DNA of 64,000 bases from Candidatus Latescibacterota bacterium (GTDB lineage Bacteria > Latescibacterota > UBA2968), in assembly GCA_965208125.1 (NCBI GenBank), contig OZ242320.1, positions 4,256,001-4,320,000 on the forward strand. The letters are read 5' to 3'. Of this stretch, positions 18,974 through 27,321 are shown piece after piece (position 1 is the stretch's first letter; the number at the start of each line of letters is the position of its first letter). The position numbers and the translations under genes were made by a program. The notes beneath the pieces are model-generated. The model saw nothing but the letters and a program-made list of their open reading frames with translations. It did no database searches and was not told the origin of the DNA.

Positions 18974-20401
18974 CTAAACACTTGGCAAAGGCACAGTATC
19001 TCCTGTTTCATGTTGCCACAATCGAATCTTCGCCGCCATATCGCGAATGCGATCGCGATGTTCAGGAACATCAAACAGATTGTTTTCTTCATAAGGATCT
19101 GTATTAAGGTCGAACAACTCACACTGATCACCAGCACACAAATTCAACTTCCAGCGATCACCCGTCACCACAGATCGCCAGGGCAATGTCGCCATCAAGT
19201 TAATGCTTGGATTCCCTAAATTGCGATCGCCAATCCCATTCCACTCCATAAATGCAACGTGATCCTTCAAATCGCGCTCACCGGTGAGTGCACCAGCCAA
19301 ACTCTCCCCTTCACACTGATCTGAAACTTCAACGCCCGCCAGATCCAAAAGCGTCGGCACCAAATCCGCATGCCCAAACACACCATCGATTCGTTTCTGT
19401 TCCTTATTCAACCACGGCACACTGAGCAAAAACGGCACTCGCGCAGACTCTTCGTAAAAAGTCCGCTTTTCCATCATCGCATGATCGCCCACCATTTCTC
19501 CATGATCACTCGTGTAAGCAATAATCGTATTCTCCAGTTGCCCTGTCTCTTCCAATGCCTGAATGATCCGCCCCACAGCATCATCCACAATCTTCATATT
19601 TCCGAAGTATTGCGATCTCACTTTCCGCCATCCCAATTCCGTACTTAAATCTTCACCTGCCTCCTTCTTCGTTGCATAATGCTCTGCTCGCACCCGATTA
19701 AATCGCGAATGCCCTTCAGGCTGTTTCAAAAACGTCGGGCCAACCGGCAATTCCTCAGGATCATACAAACCGTCATACGGCCCTGTATATGGAGGGTGCG
19801 GTTCAAACGTACTGCACACCAGCAACCAGGGCTGATCGACATTTGCTCGAATAAACCGATCCGCTTCCTGCGCGACAAACGCCCCGACCTGTTGTTCCGC
19901 TGGCAAACGCGCGCGATCTCCTGCAGAAAATTGTTTCAAGTCCGGTGCCAAATGCGAGGGTGGTTCAACGCCCTGCGCCACCAACCACTCATAGTGGGAA
20001 CTCATCGGCGCATCTTGAATCGTATTCAAATGCCGCAAATTATCCTGAATACTGATCCACTCATCAAACCCATGTTGGCGAACGGTATCGTTGCCCAAAT
20101 GCCATTTGCCCATATATGCCTTGCGATATGTATCTGGCATCATTTCCGCAATCGACTTTGTATCTTCTCGTAGATGAATCCCATTCGCCACACATCCGTG
20201 CGAATGAGGGTACAACCCAGACATCAGCGTACCCCGCGATGGCGTACACACAGCCTGACCAACATACGCATTCTCAAAAACAAAAGACCGCTCCGAAAGC
20301 GCATTCAAATGCGGCGATTGAATCCAATCATTGCCGTAACACGACATGGTATCTGTGCGTTGCTGATCTGTGAACACAAAAAGAATGTTCGGTTGATTCA
20401 T
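18974..20401 (-). CDS. S1 sulfatase
   Basis: QPNILFVFTDQQR, CTPSR, GKWHLG, EPHPP, SDHGE. Confidence 0.93.
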   Translation of the reverse strand: MNQPNILFVFTDQQRTDTMSCYGNDWIQSPHLNALSERSFVFENAYVGQAVCTPSRGTLMSGLYPHSHGCVANGIHLREDTKSIAEMMPDTYRKAYMGKWHLGNDTVRQHGFDEWISIQDNLRHLNTIQDAPMSSHYEWLVAQGVEPPSHLAPDLKQFSAGDRARLPAEQQVGAFVAQEADRFIRANVDQPWLLVCSTFEPHPPYTGPYDGLYDPEELPVGPTFLKQPEGHSRFNRVRAEHYATKKEAGEDLSTELGWRKVRSQYFGNMKIVDDAVGRIIQALEETGQLENTIIAYTSDHGEMVGDHAMMEKRTFYEESARVPFLLSVPWLNKEQKRIDGVFGHADLVPTLLDLAGVEVSDQCEGESLAGALTGERDLKDHVAFMEWNGIGDRNLGNPSINLMATLPWRSVVTGDRWKLNLCAGDQCELFDLNTDPYEENNLFDVPEHRDRIRDMAAKIRLWQHETGDTVPLPSV

Positions 20402-20496
20402 ATCTATCCCTCAAATTTGTCGTTCGCGGTATTCCCTACTTGTTAAACCAAAGAAGCTGCAATCCGTTTTCGCTCACAGTACTTTTTAATTTTCGT

Positions 20497-21846
20497 TTAC
20501 ATTTGTTTCCTGCGAAATGCGTGGGGATTTACCATTTCATATCCCCATCGATCCAACAATTCCTGCCCGTTCTCAAACGCGTCGTTCTGTTCCTTCAACA
20601 GATCCGAAAGCAAACCTTCCAGATGCGTTTCAACAGATTCTACCTCAGGCCGACCACAAAGGTTCTCCAACTGATAAGGATCTGCCTCATTGTCATACAG
20701 CAACCAGGACCCCTCCAGGTCACGCACATAAGTATAACGGCTCGTGCGAACGCCTCGATATTCCCTGCCACCATGTTCATAAGAATAATTGGCAAACGGA
20801 ACGTAGCATCCAAAAAGTGAAGCCTCCAAAGGCGCATCGGCTTCACCGAGCATGTGTTTGGCAAAACTCACCCCTTCGACGCCTTCCGGTACAGGCGCGC
20901 CCACCAGATCCAACAACGTCGGCATCATATCTGGTATGCCAAAAGGGGTGTCGATTTGGCGACTCGTCCCATCTGGCAATCGCAACAGAAAGGGAACAAG
21001 AATGGATTCATCCCAGGGCCGTATTTTCCGATCATGGCCTTGCGACCCATTCATTTCACCGTGGTCAGACGTAAACACAAGAATTGTATCCTCTGTCATC
21101 CCGAGGCGTTCAAGTGCTTCTTCAACACGCCCAACACAGTGATCAAGTGCCGTAATATGCGCATAATAACCCCACATATCATTCCGGGCAGTCGCTTCAC
21201 TCTCAGCAGGCACATTGTCTCTCAATACGATTTCATCTTCATTGTAGAGCGCTCTGTATTCTTCCGGCACTTTGTGGAAAGGGTTATGAGGCGGGCCATA
21301 TGAAACAAAAAGGAAAAAGGGATCGTCTTCATCCTGCCTGCCCTCCAGATACTCAATCGCACAATCGGTCTGTGCAAACGCATCGTATCCTTCCCACTTT
21401 TTCATAATACCCGAGTCATCATAATAGGGCGAATCGTAATAATTGTGCGAGCATTCGTGCGCGCGCCAAAAGTCAAAGCCCAACCGTCGCTCAGGTGGGA
21501 TGAAATTTTGCTCGTGGGTATCTCCGTCCAAATGCCACTTGCCAATGTATGCGGTGTCATAACCGTGTGACTTTAGAACCTCAGCGAATGTGGTCGTATT
21601 GGGCTCAAGCCGAATCTGGTTTAAAAAGATCCCATGCGTCAGTGGATATTGCCCGGTCAAAAGACAGGCACGAGCCGGACAACAAACCGGGCACGTTGAC
21701 ACAGTCGTATCCAACCGAATACTCTTTTGAGCCAGGGCATCGAGATTGGGTGTCTTAACATTTGGATCTCCCGCATACCCCGTCGCCTGTGCGCGCCACT
21801 GATCGGTCAAAATGAATACAATATTGGGCTTCTCTTTGTTGGCCAC
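20497..21846 (-). CDS. S1 sulfatase
   Basis: GTG start at 21846 (RBS GGGAGG); KPNIVFILTDQWR, CCPAR, GKWHLDG, SDHGE. Confidence 0.92.
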   Translation of the reverse strand: MANKEKPNIVFILTDQWRAQATGYAGDPNVKTPNLDALAQKSIRLDTTVSTCPVCCPARACLLTGQYPLTHGIFLNQIRLEPNTTTFAEVLKSHGYDTAYIGKWHLDGDTHEQNFIPPERRLGFDFWRAHECSHNYYDSPYYDDSGIMKKWEGYDAFAQTDCAIEYLEGRQDEDDPFFLFVSYGPPHNPFHKVPEEYRALYNEDEIVLRDNVPAESEATARNDMWGYYAHITALDHCVGRVEEALERLGMTEDTILVFTSDHGEMNGSQGHDRKIRPWDESILVPFLLRLPDGTSRQIDTPFGIPDMMPTLLDLVGAPVPEGVEGVSFAKHMLGEADAPLEASLFGCYVPFANYSYEHGGREYRGVRTSRYTYVRDLEGSWLLYDNEADPYQLENLCGRPEVESVETHLEGLLSDLLKEQNDAFENGQELLDRWGYEMVNPHAFRRKQM

Positions 21847-21916
21847 AAAAACCTCCCTACTTAATTGCACAACAATCAGAATGCAATCACGATACGAAAA
21901 AGTTGTCCATACCTCA

Positions 21917-21947
21917 TGATAATCAAACAAATATTGATAATCAATAT
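21917..21947. promoter_or_regulatory. Palindromic operator-like site in divergent promoter
   Basis: Perfect ATATTGAT-A-ATCAATAT (21931-21947) plus a second TGATAATCA at 21917. Confidence 0.5.
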
Positions 21948-22040
21948 AGCCCAAAAAAACAATATTTGCCGTAGTTCAGAAATTAACTATTATGGGACAT
22001 GGCAGAAAAGGCTTGTAAACCATCGAATGAGGAATACCCT

Positions 22041-22808
22041 ATGGCTCTAAACGAAGATCAGCTCACCTTTTACCGACAAAACGGCTACTTGCTGGCCTCC
22101 GGCCTGATTTCTGATCAGATCGCGGCTCAAGCCGAAGCGGCGATGTGGAAGCTGATGGACATGGACGCGGGGGATGCGTCCACCTGGTCGACGGTGCCGG
22201 AGACCGCCGATACGTATAACAAAGGCAGCGGTGCGGTGATCTTTAACGGAGTGCAGGATCCCGATTTGATGGCCTGCGCCACAGACGACTACCTCAACGC
22301 TGTAGCGCAGCTGCTGGGCGAACCGATTGATTCGTTGCACTCACCCGAAGCGATCTTTGCACTAAATTTGTTGGGGCGTCCGGGGCAATGGACCATGCCA
22401 CAGCACCCGCACATCGACGGCCTCAACCCGAAGCATGTGCCCAAGACCTTTCCCGGGCCCTATCGCATCACCAGCCTCCTCTATCTAAGCGATATCGAAC
22501 CGCAGGGCGGCGGGACCTGTGTTTGGCCTGGTTCGCCCAGCAAGATACGCGCCCTGGCTGAATCCGATCCGGTCAAGTACGAGCACCTGAAAGATCTGAA
22601 CAAGGACATCCCTTCGTTAGATCTGGAACCCGGTATCGAACTGACACCGAAGCGCGGTGATATCCTTTTTTTTCAACACTTGTTCGGCCACAATGGGTCG
22701 GTCAATACTGCGGCTAAACCACGTTTTATGATGCGCTTTTTTTGTTCGTGCGAAAAATGCTACACGACTTGGTCCAAGGCGGGTCATTGGGGTTTTTGGA
22801 CGCCATAG
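22041..22808 (+). CDS. PhyH family dioxygenase
   Basis: MALNEDQLTFYRQNGYL, PHID, WPGS, FGHNG; RBS GAGGA. Confidence 0.85.
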   Translation: MALNEDQLTFYRQNGYLLASGLISDQIAAQAEAAMWKLMDMDAGDASTWSTVPETADTYNKGSGAVIFNGVQDPDLMACATDDYLNAVAQLLGEPIDSLHSPEAIFALNLLGRPGQWTMPQHPHIDGLNPKHVPKTFPGPYRITSLLYLSDIEPQGGGTCVWPGSPSKIRALAESDPVKYEHLKDLNKDIPSLDLEPGIELTPKRGDILFFQHLFGHNGSVNTAAKPRFMMRFFCSCEKCYTTWSKAGHWGFWTP

Positions 22809-22884
22809 GCCTCATCCCATAATACCGCGTTACACAAAAGCGCGTCAACGAATCACAGAAATATCAAAAAGATTTGATTCCTTC

Positions 22885-23739
22885 TTAAACAACCGGTCTA
22901 ATCTCTGGCGCACCGTTCTCTTCACACCACGGCGTAAGTGGGCTATCTCCACCGCCAGCTTTGTACCCCTCTATCTTTGGATATCTTTCACCTACCAAAT
23001 ACCGACCCAATTCATCCAGTTTATCCATAAAGGCAGGCTCCTGGCTTCGATAATCCAGCGGCATAACCCAACGATAGCCATAACCAATCATGATCGCCTT
23101 TCGCATGTTACCCGATGTGTTTATACCTGCTGCATGCCCGGTTCGATTTTCAAAGAATAGGCAATCACCCGCCTTTAAAGAAGCTTCAACATAACCTTTT
23201 GGTCCAGGCTCTCCTTCAGGGACTTCAATGGGGTTGCTGTGGCGATTGGAGCCAGGCGCAACCAGCGTCATACCCGAGTTTGGTTCGGTCAGATCATTGA
23301 GATAAAACGCGCACTTTAACAAAACACGGGGCACATGATTTCCCAATACTTTTGTCGCTGCACCATAATCGCGATGCCATCCGACCCGCCGAACTTTCTT
23401 CGAGGGATCGGAAGAGCCTCTATAAGCAAGTTGTGATACCATCAGTTGGATGTGTGCACCCAAAAGCTGTACCGCAATCGACAGCGATTTGGCGTGGGTT
23501 AGCAGTGGAATAAAAGCATCATCTTTCACAATACAATTCTTAAAGCCCAGTCGTCCCGTGCGCATGTGTTGGTCGTCACTCGCAATCAACCGATCAGCAG
23601 CCTCAACGACCCGGTCAATCATGTCCTGATCGAGCACGTCGCGCACGATGAGATAGCCTTGCTCATCAAACTGCCTGATTTCTTGTTCTGAAAGCGCATG
23701 CCAGTCCAGATCAATCGACGATTCTGTCATCTGAGCCAT
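22885..23739 (-). CDS. PhyH family dioxygenase
   Basis: LSEQEIRQFDEQGYL, WHRD, APGSN, TGHA; ends NGAPEIRPVV. Confidence 0.88.
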   Translation of the reverse strand: MAQMTESSIDLDWHALSEQEIRQFDEQGYLIVRDVLDQDMIDRVVEAADRLIASDDQHMRTGRLGFKNCIVKDDAFIPLLTHAKSLSIAVQLLGAHIQLMVSQLAYRGSSDPSKKVRRVGWHRDYGAATKVLGNHVPRVLLKCAFYLNDLTEPNSGMTLVAPGSNRHSNPIEVPEGEPGPKGYVEASLKAGDCLFFENRTGHAAGINTSGNMRKAIMIGYGYRWVMPLDYRSQEPAFMDKLDELGRYLVGERYPKIEGYKAGGGDSPLTPWCEENGAPEIRPVV

Positions 23740-23785
23740 TGTTTGTCCTCCATTCAACAATTTTTAAAATATAAGTTTATCGCTT

Positions 23786-25780
23786 CTATGCAGGGTTAGC
23801 GGACAGTTCAATTCTCTTCATCACCCGCTCCAATACCCACACCCTGACGATGCCGTCCCGCTGCCCACCAAGCCCGCTTGTGTAATTGTTCTTTTCGAGT
23901 TGCGCATTGTGTTCCGGTCCGAACATCTCCTGTTTATTTATGGCCTGCTCCAGGGCGGGAATAAGCGGTTTCATGGGCTGGAGTTCTTCGCGGCTGCGGT
24001 ATGACAGATAGGCACCGGCTCGTAGCCGCGCCCAGAGGATATCGCTCGACAGCGCGCGCTCAAAAGCAGGCAGGGCAAGGGCGCCTTCGCCTGCCCGCAC
24101 CAGATAGTCCCCAGCGGCCAGGCTGACGCTGATTGAGGGATCGTCAAGGAGGGGGGATAGGTGCTCGATCATCTCGCGTTCCACACCAAGTGAGCACAGG
24201 CCGGTGACAGCCCAGAAACGCACGGCGCTGTCGGGATCACCAAGTCGTTTTGCGAGTTCTTCCTTTGCTTCTTCGCCCATGCGCGCCAGGTCCGCTGTTT
24301 CCAGGATCCGCTCGTAATTATCACAGTGCGCACCGACTGCCTGACTCACACCATTGAACTGCTCAGCTCGCGCAGCAATTTCCGGTTCATCAATCAACCC
24401 CAGATCGCGGGTCTCGATCATCCAGCCGAACAATTTTTGCCGCAACTCATCCACGACGTCGCTGAAAGCGGGGTCATCTGCAAGGTTATTTATCTCTTCG
24501 GGATCGTTCTCGATGTCATACAATTCTTCAGCCGGTTTGTGATCCTGCCAGATTTGGAACTGCTGGTAGTGCTCAGGCAACCCGTCCTGTTTGATCATGA
24601 CCGGCGGGCCGAGCATCAGAAACACGCCGTCGGGGTCGTGGACCTTCTGTTTGCCCGGTAGGCAAGAGGTCTCCCAGAAGGCGCGTTCCGGCGTTCCTTC
24701 CTCGGGGACCTTCGCGAAGAACCCACCGTCTGGATAGAACGAAGCGTATGGCTGGTGGGGGAGGAAGTTGCGAAAGTAACGGTATTTTTGGGTGCGGATT
24801 GTACGGATTACTTCCGGGTTGTTGTCCAGCCGATCCCTGGCACTGCAGACGAATTCTCTCGGTTCATCTCTATTGGGACCGCACAAATTTCGGCTCTGGA
24901 TGTGTTTGGGTACAGGAACGCCTGATAGCTGCAGGGTCGTCGCACACAGGTCCATGTGCAAGACGGGTTCATCAACCGCGGTGCCGGGTTCTGCCGGAGC
25001 CAGGTGCCGGTACTTCTCCGGGAATCGCATGATCAGCGGGATATTCAGTCCGTCGTCGTAGGCGTGGATTTTGCCCCGGGGATAACCCGTGCCATGGTCT
25101 CCCCAATAGACCACAATAGTGTCTTCACTGTGCCCCTGCGCTTCAAGCTCGTCCAGGATCTCTCCTACTTGCTTATCGACGTTGGTAAGGGCGTCGTAGA
25201 AGAGCGCCATCCGTTCCCTGAACAGGGGGGTGTCGGGAACAAAGCTCGGAACCGGCACATCATTCGGGTCGTGCAACTCGTCGTCGCTCAAGAGCGAGGA
25301 ACGCGCTTTCCGCGCATCCTCGGGCGTCAGTTTGAATACACTGGCGTGGGAACTGCCCAGTCTGTAATACATGAAGAACGGCTTGTCTTCAGGGCGATTC
25401 TCCCAAAAATCTTCAGCGTTGTAATACTGTTCACGCTCATCTTTGGAGACGTATAGATTGATGTCATTGTCCGGCTGCGTGCAGGCATAACCGGCGTTTG
25501 TCAGCATTGTGTTTAACAGCTCAACCCCTGCAGGGCGGATGACCGCGCTGCGGTGATGATGCGTGCCCAGCGTGGTCGGATGCATACCGGTATAGATGCC
25601 GGTGCGCGACGGTGAGCAGATTGGGCCAGCGGTGAACGCGTTTGTGTAGCGCACACCTTCTGCCGATAGGCGGTCAATATTTGGGGTATCCGCATATTGA
25701 TCTCCGTAGCAACCGTAGTTCCAGGCACTGGAGTCGTGGTTGCTGATCCACAGGAAATTGGGTCTGTCTTGTTTTGTCAT
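23786..25780 (-). CDS. S1 sulfatase with C-terminal HEAT repeats
   Basis: RPNFLWI, CSPSR, GDHG, SARDR; C-terminal LGDPDSAVRFWA / LDDPSISV repeats. Confidence 0.9.
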   Translation of the reverse strand: MTKQDRPNFLWISNHDSSAWNYGCYGDQYADTPNIDRLSAEGVRYTNAFTAGPICSPSRTGIYTGMHPTTLGTHHHRSAVIRPAGVELLNTMLTNAGYACTQPDNDINLYVSKDEREQYYNAEDFWENRPEDKPFFMYYRLGSSHASVFKLTPEDARKARSSLLSDDELHDPNDVPVPSFVPDTPLFRERMALFYDALTNVDKQVGEILDELEAQGHSEDTIVVYWGDHGTGYPRGKIHAYDDGLNIPLIMRFPEKYRHLAPAEPGTAVDEPVLHMDLCATTLQLSGVPVPKHIQSRNLCGPNRDEPREFVCSARDRLDNNPEVIRTIRTQKYRYFRNFLPHQPYASFYPDGGFFAKVPEEGTPERAFWETSCLPGKQKVHDPDGVFLMLGPPVMIKQDGLPEHYQQFQIWQDHKPAEELYDIENDPEEINNLADDPAFSDVVDELRQKLFGWMIETRDLGLIDEPEIAARAEQFNGVSQAVGAHCDNYERILETADLARMGEEAKEELAKRLGDPDSAVRFWAVTGLCSLGVEREMIEHLSPLLDDPSISVSLAAGDYLVRAGEGALALPAFERALSSDILWARLRAGAYLSYRSREELQPMKPLIPALEQAINKQEMFGPEHNAQLEKNNYTSGLGGQRDGIVRVWVLERVMKRIELSANPA

Positions 25781-25874
25781 ATATCCGATTCTCCAAAAAA
25801 AAGATTTTGTGATGATTGGGTATCAATATGCATCAGGCGATAAAAATGCTAACTGTCAATCGCGTTGTAACCCC

Positions 25875-27302
25875 TCACCATTTCTGATCTATAATCAGAA
25901 ATCCTTTCGCTTTACACAGTTCACTGTCTTTCCATCCGTAAAAGAGGAGCATGCCATCTCTTATATTTCCTTTTGGATCTTTAATCGGTTGAATATTGTT
26001 AAATTTCCAACCGGCATACTCCGGGGCACGTGGCGTCAAATCTCTCACTCTTTGCCAGGTGAATCCACTATCTGTGGAGATCCACTCTTCAATATCTCCT
26101 CCACCTCTGGAGTCCATGTTGCCACGTTTTCCTTTTATAAATTTGTGATCACCTACTATCAGATAAGCATGTAGTGTGCCACTTTCATCCTGCCTGAGAT
26201 AGCAACTGTTCCAATCATCAGTGGCAGGGGTGATAACCGTCTGTATCCATTCATGATTAATATACCTCACATAATAGTAATTGCACCTGTCGGGCACATC
26301 TTCCGATAGCACATGCAAAAAGGCCGGATTGTCATTTTCATCTATGACAATATCAGGTGGAACGCCTGCGCCTCTCCAATCGGTATTCCAAATCTTGCAT
26401 TTGTCATTTGCAGTGCCAATATCAATGGGCGTTCTGACTGTCTCGCCATCAAAATTCGCGACCTCATGCGTTTGAAGGTTGATTTTTACATAATAGAGAT
26501 TGTATTTGATCCCGAGATTCTTTTTGGTTCCATAACGAGGATTGTAAAACTTTTCTGGGATATCCTTCTTATTGTCATCATAAGAACAAAATACGGCGTG
26601 CAAAAACTTTCCATCTTTACTCGGAAAGCAAGTGTGATAAGAAGACCACTCATTCAAGTCCATCGGATCATCTACTGTTGCTGTTTCTTCCCCCATGTTT
26701 AAATCTGTGACATCATTTTCAGGCCCTGACCAGGTTTTACCTTCATTGTCTGAAATTAAATATGACCACGAACTTCTGTGTTCTCCTGTTCGGAAATAAA
26801 TCACTTGTCTATTGTCGTATATGTGATAAACCGTAGGATAAGAAAGCGAGTTTCTTATTTCAGGGGCTGGAGACCAGTCTTTTACACTGTTTCCAATATC
26901 CGCTACCTTTTTTGAGATTAAATGTGTTCCTGGCGTTCTGTGACAACCTGACAAAATATGTAAAAAGTCATCATTATCAGCCCAGATTATAGGGCAATAA
27001 TGCTGGTCGTTTGAGCCTTTGGTTCCCAGTTGTAGGGGAGACGAAAAGGACTTTGTCTCGGGGTTAAAAGAGATAACAAAAGGATATGTCTTTTCCCTGA
27101 TCTCAGCATCCATTGGTGCCCCGCCATTATAGACGATATATACTCGATTGTTGATAAAGATGGCTTGAGGGCGCTGCCTTCTGTCATAGATCATTTTTAA
27201 TTGTCCCCCACTTCCAAAGGGGACAACAGAAAAATCCATTTGTTTCTCAGTATCCACAGCCTGACCTCCAAATACAATCGGTGAAATAAGAAGGACGCTC
27301 AA
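25875..27302 (-). CDS. BNR-4 repeat beta-propeller protein (start uncertain, possibly 5'-truncated)
   Basis: SDNEGKTW and STDSGFTW Asp-boxes, DQHYCP..LHILSGCH, YPT; no ATG/RBS before the apparent signal-peptide remnant. Confidence 0.7.
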   Translation of the reverse strand: MSVLLISPIVFGGQAVDTEKQMDFSVVPFGSGGQLKMIYDRRQRPQAIFINNRVYIVYNGGAPMDAEIREKTYPFVISFNPETKSFSSPLQLGTKGSNDQHYCPIIWADNDDFLHILSGCHRTPGTHLISKKVADIGNSVKDWSPAPEIRNSLSYPTVYHIYDNRQVIYFRTGEHRSSWSYLISDNEGKTWSGPENDVTDLNMGEETATVDDPMDLNEWSSYHTCFPSKDGKFLHAVFCSYDDNKKDIPEKFYNPRYGTKKNLGIKYNLYYVKINLQTHEVANFDGETVRTPIDIGTANDKCKIWNTDWRGAGVPPDIVIDENDNPAFLHVLSEDVPDRCNYYYVRYINHEWIQTVITPATDDWNSCYLRQDESGTLHAYLIVGDHKFIKGKRGNMDSRGGGDIEEWISTDSGFTWQRVRDLTPRAPEYAGWKFNNIQPIKDPKGNIRDGMLLFYGWKDSELCKAKGFLIIDQKW

Positions 27303-27321
27303 TTTCCAGGAGTGCCACCAT

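Noticed and set aside
20402-20496. Possible orphan 3' end (KIKKYCERKRIAASLV*) between two sulfatases
   Set aside because: Too short and not recognisable; could be chance
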